The notes below the pieces were generated by a model. That model saw only the letters and a program-made list of their open reading frames with translations, did not search any database and had not been told where the DNA came from. DNA of 64,000 nucleotides from positions 124,001-188,000 of the forward strand of contig NW_027191477.1 of assembly GCF_011745625.1 (NCBI RefSeq), read 5' to 3'. Position numbers and translations under genes: made by a program. The stretch is from Cladosporium halotolerans. Lineage: Eukaryota. This document shows, in pieces, positions 12,526 to 23,228 of the stretch (positions are counted from its first letter, which is position 1; every line of letters starts with the position of its first letter).

Positions 12526-13561
12526 TCACGCGTATCCCTGACCTCTGCTCATCCTCCTCTGTCCGCTATGACGGCTGTGGCTGGCACGGCGCACATAGCC
12601 CCTCTCAGTCTTATAGTACTCCCTCCTAGGAGCCTCTCTCGGGCTGCTACCCCTACTAGAGCCACCCTCCTTGACCGGCACCTCAGCCCTCGCAGCCGCA
12701 GTCCTGGAGCGCGAACGCTTCCTCTCGCCAACCCAGACGGCAAGAATGTATGCGAGACCCATGACGCCGGCACCAACGGAATAGCCGATGACGGCACCTT
12801 CGCTGGGAGCCATGAAGCCCGTCCTCTTCGCGAGTCCGAGGCCGAGACCGCCGTTGACGATGCCGAGAATGATGGCAATGCGTCCGAACCAGATGTGGCC
12901 GTAGGACCAGATGGTGCGGGCGTTGTAGCGCTTGAAGAAGACGTGGTGCAGGAAGCCGAGGATGGGCTGAAAAGCGAGCAGGGCGAACAAGACGATGCCG
13001 ATGATGGGATGAGCGTCGTTGAGCGTGTAGAAGTTGCGGGTCATCCAGATGCCGATGCCGAAGGCCGCGATGTATAAGATGTAGGCGAAGATCTGGAAGA
13101 GACCGTGGACAATCCAGAGGCCTGGGAATGAGGCCAAGCGAATCATGATGCCGCCGACGGGGAAGAAGAAGCCAAAGGCGAGGGTCGCGAGGACGGCGTG
13201 CGCGGTTATGATCACCTGGCCGCGGTCGGCATATTGGGAGAAATCGCCTCCAGCAAAGCCGTTCTGACTGTTACCGCCATTGCTGCTGCTGGAGCCGCCA
13301 CCGAAGGAGGAAGAGCCAGAGTCGGAGCTTGAGCTGCTCGAGCCGGAATTGGAGCTAGAATCGGAGCTGGAACTGTCGTCGCCGCTGCTGCTGCCTCCCC
13401 AGCTGCCTCCTCCGAATCCACTGGGCGGGCCTTGGGCTAAGATAACCGTCGCTGTTTGAATCGTTAGCAATGATTCCCTAGTACAGATATCGAGGCAAGG
13501 GTGGCCTACCCAACGATAATACGACGGCGGCCCGCTGCAACTGAAGTGTCTGCGAAGTCAT
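12526..13561 (-). CDS. Cytochrome b561 / ferric-reductase-like transmembrane protein with signal peptide; exons 13561-13510 and 13451-12526
   Basis: A 58-nt intron 13452-13509 (GTAGGC..GCTAAC..CAG) gives MTSQTLQLQRAAVVLSLATVILAQ. Five hydrophobic helices with haem-type His residues (AHAVL, VHGLFQ, AHPIIG, GHIWFGR); Ser/Gly-rich ectodomain. Confidence 0.8.
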
Positions 13562-14591
13562 CGTGTATATGAAAAGCGCCAGGCGTTTCTAATCTATTGT
13601 ATGGATTGCGTCCACAAATAATCAGCAATCAACGCAGGGCGTGCAAATGCCAGACACCGCAGCAAAAACAGATGCGCAGCAAATATATGGGAGGGTAGGG
13701 ATGAAAAAAGATACTACCGGGGACGACCTACTGCTATACATACGATACAGAGCACAGCATCGGTGAATGCATGCACCGTCTCCGACCAACAACTCCACCC
13801 AGCCTTCCTGTGGAAGCGAAAGGCTGGCGTGTTTCGCGGGCGAGGCGGATTCGCTGCGCCGGGTGCTATTCCTGCTGAGCAAGGATCATCAAGACCGTCG
13901 TGCATGACGTCCTGCACGGCGCCCCGAGGCTGGCGACGCAACCATCATGCTGTCAGAGTGAGACGCGCGTTTGGATCTTCGTCGCGACTGTCGTGCCGTT
14001 GCTGACGTCGCGCGTCCATGTGGCTGGCGGATGAGTCGTCGAGGCTGGGGGGTCTCACTCGATACTCCGGACTTCCTCTTGGAGACCCGACTTAAGACCC
14101 TGGGGACATCACGTGATGATGGGGAGGCTGAACTTCAGCTTCTCGTCTTCTTACGCCTCGCGCCTGTTATAGCACCAACAAACCTCACATTAGGATGGTT
14201 TGACAGATAAAAGCAGCAATTAGTGTCTTGCTCACGCTTCGCACTCAAGTTCTCAAGTTTATCCCGGGTCAATGATGCGAGTAGCTCCCGATGGCAATCC
14301 TATACGAAAGGCTATTTCTCCTGGAGACGCGAATCCTCGTATTCAGATAAGGAGATCACATACATCAGTCCAGCGCAAAATCCGGCGTTCGCTCCACTGT
14401 AATGGATGCCGCAAGTAACGAATCGACCTGAAAATCAGCTTGAAGGCTTGGTGTGAAAAGATGCGGCGAAGCGTGTTGCTGTAAGTTGCAAGTCCGCAAA
14501 AGCAGGTATTTCGACAAAGTAGACAATAAACGCAGCATTCCCATTCATGTCGCTCTCAAAGGTTTTAAGCAACAATTGCTTTCGATGCAAG

Positions 14592-15197
14592 TCATTTCTT
14601 CTTGCAAGGGTTCGCCCGCTCGAGAATCCATCTCATCGTCCTCAAAACGTTCAGAAAGTCGGCCGCGCTCGCGGTCCCTCTGACGGACAGCACCTGGTTT
14701 GTAAACACGCGACGGAATCCAAAGATGTCTGTGAGATGAAGCATTATTGCAATCAGTGCTGCCAGGAATGCTCCCGTCCATATGTTGGGAATCGGAAAAC
14801 AGGCAGCAAGAGGAGCGGACAAGCTCAATAATAGCTGCTCGACAGCAGCATTCGACTCGCTGGCCAGGACAGCGACTTGAAGGCTCTCTTTGGCCACGCT
14901 CAAGGACGTACGGATAAGCGTGTCGATCAGCTGGAAACGGGTGAGTGGCTCGATAGGCGCAACAACCTCATTGATGCAACCATGCTCAAGCGCCTTACTG
15001 GGAGCAACATCGAGTGCTTTGCTCTGCCGAGTACGCCGTCCAGGCTTCTGTTCGTTGGTGGAGCTAACTTCGACTGCCGGTGGACGATGGTCTGGTCTCG
15101 ATGTGAGTACCTTGGCCGAAGTGTTTTTCATGGCGTGTTCCGCTCCGCTGACTTGGGCCTGAGCCCTTTGTGCTCTAGCTTTGCTTCGTGTGAGCAT
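14592..15197 (-). CDS. Hypothetical protein (basic N-terminus, hydrophobic C-terminal stretch)
   Basis: 201-aa ATG ORF in good context (AAAATG) in an otherwise empty interval; no recognisable domain. Confidence 0.4.
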   Translation of the reverse strand: MLTRSKARAQRAQAQVSGAEHAMKNTSAKVLTSRPDHRPPAVEVSSTNEQKPGRRTRQSKALDVAPSKALEHGCINEVVAPIEPLTRFQLIDTLIRTSLSVAKESLQVAVLASESNAAVEQLLLSLSAPLAACFPIPNIWTGAFLAALIAIMLHLTDIFGFRRVFTNQVLSVRGTASAADFLNVLRTMRWILERANPCKKK

Positions 15198-15751
15198 TTT
15201 CAGGGTGAGTTTGGTGATTTGTTGAATTGACGAGACAGTGGAGTGTACTCTCCACTACTTTGAATCGGATCTAGGAAACGAGACAAGTGTCAACTAGGAC
15301 ACTTGGTTCGGGATTCAGATCATGTACGTTCTGCGACAGGCAAACTAGTGAAAGCATAACAGAATCCGAAAGGTCTTGCAATTCCATATCGGAAACAAAC
15401 TTGTTCGGCGCAGCCTAAGAGATAGGCTGCATGAGACAATCCGCGATGCATGTATCACTTCAATGCTATACACAGTCGCTAGACTTCGTGGTACTGACAA
15501 TAGCTCACTTCACTGCACCTTCTAGGCAGCAGCAAGAGTGCTTCGCGTGTTCGGCCTCGAACGGCTGTGAGAGCCCGGCCAGGCATGTGAATTCCGCAAG
15601 GCAAGTCGAACATTCACATGACGAACACCTGAAGAATAACTTTCCCTTCCTGGCCTTCAATCCTTTCGAACACATCCTCTGCAATTCGTACATCTTCTCC
15701 AAACCTTCCATCCTCCATCCAAATATTATCACCAACTCGCTATCAACCACG

Positions 15752-16310
15752 ATGGCGGACAACTCTTCTCCATCCACTCCGAACAAGGACGTCTCCGCCT
15801 TCAACGCCAACGAAACCAAGATCATCACCGCCATCATGCAGAACTTGACCTCCGAGATCCAGGTGAGCAGCGACGAGCGAATCAAACCGTCGATACAAAC
15901 CCTAGCAAGGCTAACACATCGACTAATCCCAGTTCGATGCCGAGAAGGTCGCCGCCGCTCTCGGCTACAAAGACGCCGGCAGCCTGCGCGCCCGTTGGAA
16001 CGCCATCAAGCGCGCCAAAATCTCCGGCACCTCTACCGGGCCCGCCGGCGGCGTGACCAAGGGGACTCCGACCAAGAAGGGCAAGAGCACGCCGAAGAAG
16101 GTCAAGGCGGGCGCGGACGAGCTTGATGATGATGACGAAGAGATCGGCTCCAAGAAGAAGACCAAGTCCAAGAAGGGAGGGAAGAAGGGCAAGACTAAGG
16201 TGAAGACCGAGGAGGAAGAAGATGCTGTTGAGAGCGTCGAGGACTCCAACGGTATCGCTAAGGATTTCGATGAGGCTGAGGTTGAGGCTGAGGCTGAGGA
16301 CATGTTCTAG
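15752..16310 (+). CDS. Small Myb/SANT-like putative DNA-binding protein with Lys-rich and acidic tail; exons 15752-15862 and 15933-16310
   Basis: A 70-nt intron 15863-15932 (GTGAGC..CTAAC/CTAAT..CAG) yields FNANETKIITAIMQNLTSEIQFDAEKVAAALGYKDAGSLRARWNAIKRAK, a helix-turn-helix Myb-like pattern, followed by TPTKK/TPKK motifs. Confidence 0.75.
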
Positions 16311-16713
16311 ATGTCACTATAGTGGATCTTCATGGGAGAAAAGAAGTGGTGAGAGTAGTGAGATCTGGACCTTTGCCGGTGCCTTTCTCCCATGTCTTAC
16401 GACTGTTCCCGTAACGGTCCTGCGTATGTAAGGCGGTCAGCGGAAATTGTGTGATTCTATCAATAATACAACGAGAGCAATTCCAACATGGATCTCAGAC
16501 TAATACATTCACGGTATTTTGATCGTTCATTTGACATGTTCGGTGGATGGGGACTGTGGGAGACGCGTTCTGAGCTGCAAACGCGTGAAGTGCCGTGATG
16601 TCATGGGTTTTAGAAGCTGACTGGAATCTCACAAACGAAGACGAACGACCACAAGGAGAGTCTTTCACTTCTCCTGTACTCTATTTTTCAAATCGGTATC
16701 GGTGTTGGCTACT

Positions 16714-17367
16714 ATGCCACAGTCTACCTCGGTATTCACCGAGCATGTACCAAAGTCGCCTTCAATCCCAAGAAATACGGCGTTCTTCTCGACTGGCATC
16801 CTAGCTGGAGCAGCATCTCTTCCTGTCGAGGGTGCATTCCTGTCGTTTCGAACTCGACGACCAGACTTCACAGCAAGTCTCAGGCACATTCGGTCCAGTG
16901 CACTTCATGTGCTTCCGCGTACCGGCATTCGCTTTTACACTTTCGATGAGATTCGCTTCTACAGCTCGCAATACCTCAGATTGCCCACTACTTTGTGCGG
17001 AGCATTGGGAGGTGCAGCAGGCGGATTTAACGAAGTTCTGATTGACTCGTTGGTCTCCAAATATCGTTTGCCTCCTTTTCATGCCGCTTCCACTCAAGCC
17101 GGGAAGTTGTTCCTCTGCTTTGGCACATACACGTTTCTCTCAACGAACCTCAGCGATGAACTACCGCCACGGCCGTTCTGGAGGTGCTGGCTCATGGGAG
17201 CTGCCGCTGGAGGCTTCGGTAGTGCAATAACCACAGCAGTCGTTGAAGGGGCAAGAGGATGCGCACTCCAAACTGCTGCTTTGCGAGGGGCGTTGGTCAT
17301 TGGCACGGTGATCTCGGTACAAGTCACGAGTTGCGCCGCAACTTTGCGCGCGTTCGACATTGACTGA
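16714..17367 (+). CDS. Membrane protein resembling a compact, degenerate mitochondrial carrier
   Basis: Gly/Ala-rich helices (GILAGAASLPVE, GALGGAAGG, MGAAAGGFG) alternate with PRTGIRFYTFD and LCFGTYTFL segments; the Px[DE]xx[KR] signatures are incomplete. Confidence 0.5.
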   Translation: MPQSTSVFTEHVPKSPSIPRNTAFFSTGILAGAASLPVEGAFLSFRTRRPDFTASLRHIRSSALHVLPRTGIRFYTFDEIRFYSSQYLRLPTTLCGALGGAAGGFNEVLIDSLVSKYRLPPFHAASTQAGKLFLCFGTYTFLSTNLSDELPPRPFWRCWLMGAAAGGFGSAITTAVVEGARGCALQTAALRGALVIGTVISVQVTSCAATLRAFDID

Positions 17368-17696
17368 GGGATATGCTACAACCATAACGATGGCACCATT
17401 TTGGATAGTACGCTGGATTCCCTGCTGGTTTGCGTTTTCTGATGGCGAGTGGTCGCTTCACCCAACTGATTGCTGAAAGCCAGCTCAACGCAACGTTTCA
17501 TCTGAGCCGAGCCTCGGCAACGTTCCTCGAGCTTTGTCAGCGCAGTCCTTATCATCGCAACTAGCCGTCTACTCCTTGAGTATATCAAAAAGTATACTGC
17601 CGACTGGGTTTTTATGCGAAAAGCATAGATTCGATTCTGAACGGTTTAATTGAGCCTCCCTTGGATTTTTCGTTGCATCAGATCTGGGTCACCAAT

Positions 17697-19085
17697 ATGG
17701 CTCCCTCTACCTACAACCGACCGGTTGAAGACGTTCCATACTTCTCACCTCAGCACGCGACTTCTCCTGGCACAGTAATCGATCGGAAGAATGGACAAAA
17801 AATTCCAACTTTGTTCACACCGCTTACGATCCGCGGTATGACCCTGCGAAACCGGACCATCGTCGCTCCCATGTGCCAATACAGCACTGCCGAGGCCGGG
17901 CCAAACGTCGGTGCTCTGACGCCCTACCATATCAGCACGCTCGGGCACTATGCTCTCAAAGGAGCAGCTCTGACCTTCATCGAAGCAACCGGTGTACAGC
18001 CGAACGGTCGCATCAGTCCAAACTGCCCTGGTCTTTGGTCAGATTCACAAATCCCTGGCGTCAAGGCCGTAGCCGATTTCATCCACAGCCAGCAGGGTCT
18101 TTGCGGTATTCAACTTGCCCATGCTGGAAGAAAAGCCAGTACTGTGCCACCTTTCATTGCTTCCAAGTTCAAGAAGCCCAGCGTGCGGGCCGATAGCTCG
18201 GTCGGAGGATGGCCGAATGATGTTGTCGGGCCGTCAGGAGGTGAGGCTTTCATTTGGGACGGCAAAGCTTCTAGTGATCCTGAAGGAGGATTCTGGGCGC
18301 CTCGCGAGCTAAGCTCGAGAGACATCGATGTTCTGGTGCAGTCTTGGGTTGAGGCAGCAATCCGAGCAGTCAAAGCCGGCGTGGACTGCATAGAGATACA
18401 CGGAGCCCACGGCTATCTGATCGGGCAATTTCTGTCGCCTGTCACAAACCAACGCAGCGACAAATATGGTGGTTCTTTTGAGAACCGGACGCGCCTTCTC
18501 ATCGACATCATTAGAGCACTCCGTAGCGTCATCCCAGAGTCGATGCCACTATTTCTCCGTCTCAGCTCGACGGAGTGGTTAGAAGACACCGAGGTCGGTA
18601 AGAAGTACGGCTCCTGGGATGTCGCAAGCACAATCAAGCTTGCCAAGATCGTATCAGAACTGGGTGTCGACTTCCTAGACGTCTCCAGTGGTGGTAATCA
18701 CCCAGAGCAACGCATCAACATGTTCCGAAGCAAAGACTACCAGACACGGATTGCCGCTCAAATCAGGAAAGAACTTCGCGCCTCAGGCAGTGGAATGCTC
18801 GTTGGCGCAGTCGGGTTGATTACCGAAGCAGAGCAGGCGCGAGGGATCGTCGAAGACCCGACGGGTAACGTTCAGGATGCGAACGGGTCGACTATCAAAC
18901 AAGAAGCAGAGACCGCAAAGGCTATCACGGAAGCCAGTGACAAGCAGGAGCCCATGGCTGACGCCATCCTGGTAGCGAGGCAGTTCATGAGAGAGCCCGA
19001 ATGGGTATTGAGAGTTGCATGGCAATTGGGCGTCAATGTCGCTTGGCCGAGTCAATTTGACCGGGTTAGATTCCCCAAGCTATAG
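17697..19085 (+). CDS. NADH:flavin oxidoreductase / Old Yellow Enzyme (YqjM/NamA-like)
   Basis: LFTPLTIRG, APMCQYS, IQLAHAGRKAS, EIHGAHGYLIGQFLSP, NQRSDKYGGSFENR, ARQFMREP; ends in -PKL. Confidence 0.93.
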   Translation: MAPSTYNRPVEDVPYFSPQHATSPGTVIDRKNGQKIPTLFTPLTIRGMTLRNRTIVAPMCQYSTAEAGPNVGALTPYHISTLGHYALKGAALTFIEATGVQPNGRISPNCPGLWSDSQIPGVKAVADFIHSQQGLCGIQLAHAGRKASTVPPFIASKFKKPSVRADSSVGGWPNDVVGPSGGEAFIWDGKASSDPEGGFWAPRELSSRDIDVLVQSWVEAAIRAVKAGVDCIEIHGAHGYLIGQFLSPVTNQRSDKYGGSFENRTRLLIDIIRALRSVIPESMPLFLRLSSTEWLEDTEVGKKYGSWDVASTIKLAKIVSELGVDFLDVSSGGNHPEQRINMFRSKDYQTRIAAQIRKELRASGSGMLVGAVGLITEAEQARGIVEDPTGNVQDANGSTIKQEAETAKAITEASDKQEPMADAILVARQFMREPEWVLRVAWQLGVNVAWPSQFDRVRFPKL

Positions 19086-19846
19086 ACCAGATAGAGATCC
19101 GATTTACCGCGGTGGCCATACATGAACCGGACACAATATAAATTGCAGGGGGTTGGGAAGACCGTCGTCGAGGTTTGACGTGACGACTTCATGAGGTTTG
19201 GTTCATATCCATGGTCTTTCGGGCTGTGATACCTTATTTCCTATACTTCCTTGACTGAATCAAGTCATATCAGCATCAATGCAGTATCTAATGAGCCGCA
19301 AAAATGCCATCTTCGAAGCACGAAGAGCTGGATCGAAGACTTTGATGCTGAAATTGCTTTCTGATGGGAAGAGTCCATCCACGCAATCGGTTCAATATAC
19401 GGCACGACCCTTCTCAACTTTCATTTCGTGGTTGTGTAATCAGATATCTCTTGACCTCGGTCTTGGCAACTCCTCAACACCTCAATCCGCGGTATACCCG
19501 AAACCACATTGCTGACTCCTCTATGCCAATACCAACCCCGCGTTTCTTGCATACATTAGCTTTCTGGGGCTCTACGAGTCAGTATTCTCGTTAGTGGTTG
19601 AGCCAATGATTGTTGGCAAAGGCATACGAAGATGCAACCATGAACCTTTTGAAGTGCTCAGCTCGTCGTCCCACGCGTTCGCCATGCGATTGGCATGCAT
19701 ACTGCGGCGATCTTGGAAGTATCAGTGTACCTCGTGATGTCGAGTGGTTTCGCAAGATATAAGTGCCGATGTCTACTCTGTAATATTTTATGTAGCCACC
19801 CATCTTTGACTCTTTTTGCAATACTGTCTTTCATCCATCGACCGCA

Positions 19847-21548
19847 ATGGCACGATCTGACCTCGAAGAGAACAAAGAGAGAGAGATTTCTCATTACGAA
19901 CATGCATGTAACGAAGATAAAGAAATACACATCGCGTCAGCTCCTGAAGCACAGGATCCGAGCGGTCCAGCTCCGACACCTGATGAGAGAGAAGACAAGA
20001 CGACACGTAGACTGATCCGCAAGATTGACATTCGACTGCTGCCGGTCCTGGCAGTGATCTATGCCTTCGCTCTCATCGACCGTGTCAATCTGCCCAACGC
20101 TCGTATCGCCGGAATGGGCGAAGACCTCGAACTTTCAGTTGGCGACCGGTACTCGTTGATTGTGATGATATTCTTTGTGAGTCGCCGATGGCTCCAACGA
20201 CCACGATGATCAATGCTGACGATGGGGTTCTCGAGGTTCCATATGTGATCTTTCAGTTTCCAGCTAACATTGTCTGTCGTAAACTTGGGCCGTGCTTATG
20301 GCTTCCTTCTCTTGCGGTCTCCTGGGGGATCGTTACATTGGGTGTTGGCTTCACTACTAGCTGGACTCAAGTGATTGCGTGCCGAATTCTTCTGGGTATC
20401 TTCGAGGTAAAATTTTGCTGCCCATTGAGGATATTGGTCGGCGAAAGCAGCTGAGCTGACATTGAGGATACAGAGTGGCTTTTATCCAGGCTGCATCTTC
20501 CTGCTATCGTGCTGGTATTGCCGTTTCGAAGTGCAGAAGAGATTCAGTGGCTTCTACCTGCTTGCTCTGCTGGCTTCTGGATTCTCTAATATCCTGGCCT
20601 GGGCTCTCAGCTTGATGAAGGGAGTCGGAGGTTTGAATGGCTGGCGCTGGATATTCGTCATGGTAAGTGCGCTGAGATCGACCAAATGACTGTGGAATAT
20701 GGCTGACATTGTGCCCTCAGCAAGGGATAATCACCATCTGTCTTGGTCTGCTCGGCTTCATCTTCATCGTCGACTTTCCCGACCGCGCCACGAACGCTCA
20801 ACTCATCACCCGGCGCCCCTTCCTCACCGTTGAAGAAGCCCACATCGTCAAAGCCAGAATCGACCGTGACCGCGGCGACGCCGTTGTGGACGCTCTGACT
20901 TTCCGCAAGATCTTGCACCACCTGCACGACTGGAAGCTGTGGGAGTGGGCATGGTTGTACCTACTCAACAACGTCGTGACGTACAGCTTCGGCTTTTTCT
21001 TACCCATCATCTTGAGTGGCGACATGGGCTACTCGACGATGATGGCGCAGATCCTGTCCTTCCCTCCCTACGTGGCCGCCGCGCCCTGGATGCTGACGAC
21101 GGCCTGGTTCGCAGACCGGTACAGAAAACGTGGACTCGTCCTGATCCTCAACGCGTCCGCTGCCATAGTCGGCGTCGCAATGACCGGCTTCGCGACCAAC
21201 CCAGCTGCGCGATACGCTGGCGTCTTCCTCGGCGTCTGTGGATGCAACTCAAATGTGCCAACCATCCTGAGCTACATGCACAACAACATCGTTGGACAGA
21301 CGAAGCGGTCAATCGCGAGCGCCCTAATCATCGGCGGCGGCGCGATCGGAGGCATCATAGCGTCGAACATCTTCCGGCAGCAGGATGCGCCCAAGTACAC
21401 GCCGGCGATGATTGCAGCTATCATGACGCAGGCCGTGACGATTCTGCATGTTGCGAAGAACTTTGTCGTCTATCGATTGGCAAACAAGAAGGCTGATCGC
21501 GGAGTCGTTGTGATTGAGGGGCAACAGGGATTCCGGTATACTTTGTAG
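19847..21548 (+). CDS. MFS transporter, anion:cation symporter (Dal5/allantoate-nicotinate-phthalate) family; exons 19847-20176, 20236-20406, 20474-20662, 20721-21548
   Basis: RKIDIRLLP, IDRVNLPNARIAG, FFVPYVIFQFPAN, RILLGIFESGFYPG, GWRWIF and DFPD motifs restored in frame by three introns. Confidence 0.92.
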
Positions 21549-21762
21549 ATGATGCGTGATGTGAGCAGTATAGCAGATACTGGCCGAGTCGACGACGAAA
21601 TAGCCGATTGAATAGTGCTTGTATCACTCGCTTATCCTTCTCCCCCGTCAGAAGCGACTCCTATTGGTATTGAGACGGGTCTGGGAAGGTAATTGTCCGA
21701 GGGAGAGAGCGGCCTCCCAAATCGTCGGCGCCCTTGTTTTGAATTATTCCATACAAGCAACA

Positions 21763-22977
21763 CTACAAATTGAACCTCGTGCGCACCTTCTCCGCGTGCG
21801 CGCTCCATTCCCAGTCCTGTCCACTCGATCTTTGAATTCCCTTGTCGACTCGCCTGAGCTTCATAGTAAAGCGCGGGCCAAGCTCTTGCAGACCCGCTCT
21901 GATTTCTTCCGCACCCTTCATGGGCTTGCCGTCCACGTCCTGAATTACCTTCTCCGTCGCTCGCTTATCCCTGAAGACATATCTGTGTCTCCGGAAGAAG
22001 ATGTAGTCGCGCTGGTTGTGGAGCGTGACCACCTGGCGGCCTTCGATTTCAGGATGTGATGGGAAGAGCGATTTGAACAGATGCGCAGTCACGACACCAA
22101 GTGGTGTGCGGAAGCCGTTGAGAATGAGCTCAGGAAAGTGATTTGTTGCGTTACCGTGGCCAGGGAGTTTCTTGCCAGGCACGAAGTGGGTTATGCTGAA
22201 ATGGAACATGGGTCCGTGGGGAAGAAATACGATATCCAGTCCAGAAGGCTCTTTCTTGTGCAATGCTTGGTTCAAGATGACAAGGTGTGTGAACTCCCGC
22301 GATGAGGCGTATTTTGCGATCTCCCGCACGGAGTATTTGTAGCTGTGCGCATGCGCGGATCGGCGGACGTACTTGCTGTTCGGGAACAGATCCGTGAGCA
22401 TCTCGGCTTCATCGTGTAGCATGCTGTTAATGCTCGTCGTGATCAACACTTTGGGCTCGTATCCTTCAGGCAAGTTGAATAGACCAGGGAATCTTGAGCT
22501 CAGATTCTCTGGTGTCAATGCAACGTCCGTAGCCATTGATGGCGCCTCGCTAGGTGCACGCTCCGCAGGTTCCTGGTCCTTCGGCTCCTCGTCCTCGTCG
22601 CCTTCCTCATCCGAATCTCCAAGCATGCTGTCAACCTCATCCTCCTCTCCGTCAACCTCGTCCTTTGCGACAGCCTCATCTGGCTGGCTCTGCTGCTCCT
22701 CCACCTTTCGTCGCTTCGGGTTGAGCACATCTATGCTCGCCCCAAAAGCGCCGTCTCCTGCCTCCGGATCCACATCATCCCATGTTCGCTTTGAGTCCAG
22801 TGTCTTGGGGACGTTCTTCGCAAGTCGTCGTGCTCGCTCCTCTGGGTTCTTATCTTCATGGCGTCTTCTCTTGTGTCTCAAGTCTCTGCGTTCACTCTCT
22901 TTGGCGCTTCTGTTTTTCCGGTACTGCTCCCCTCGCTTGATTTTGTTCTGAATCTTGAACGCCCCGGAACCGACCAT
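21763..22977 (-). CDS. RPF1: Brix-domain 60S ribosome biogenesis factor Rpf1
   Basis: IQNKIKR, NVPKTLDSKR, PKVLITTS, GHGNATNHFPELILNGFRTPLG, TLHNQRDYIFFRRHRY, LQELGPRFTMKL. Confidence 0.92.
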   Translation of the reverse strand: MVGSGAFKIQNKIKRGEQYRKNRSAKESERRDLRHKRRRHEDKNPEERARRLAKNVPKTLDSKRTWDDVDPEAGDGAFGASIDVLNPKRRKVEEQQSQPDEAVAKDEVDGEEDEVDSMLGDSDEEGDEDEEPKDQEPAERAPSEAPSMATDVALTPENLSSRFPGLFNLPEGYEPKVLITTSINSMLHDEAEMLTDLFPNSKYVRRSAHAHSYKYSVREIAKYASSREFTHLVILNQALHKKEPSGLDIVFLPHGPMFHFSITHFVPGKKLPGHGNATNHFPELILNGFRTPLGVVTAHLFKSLFPSHPEIEGRQVVTLHNQRDYIFFRRHRYVFRDKRATEKVIQDVDGKPMKGAEEIRAGLQELGPRFTMKLRRVDKGIQRSSGQDWEWSAHAEKVRTRFNL

Positions 22978-23228
22978 CTTGACGGTGTTTTAGGCTCCGA
23001 TAATAGGCGACGAAAGGTTTGCTAGCCAATGTCGCAAACTTGCTGATCGTATAACTTCCTGCGGCAGAATTTCTGCCGACCGGGCGGTGTAAGGGTCGAC
23101 TTCAGGGCTTCGGTATGGCTTGGCTCTTCCGTGCCCGCCCGCAGCATCTCAGGCAAGCCAGGCCAGGACAGGCGACGAAAGCGTCCTGAGACGGGGTCTT
23201 ACGACGAGGCCTGTCACATCACACCAAC

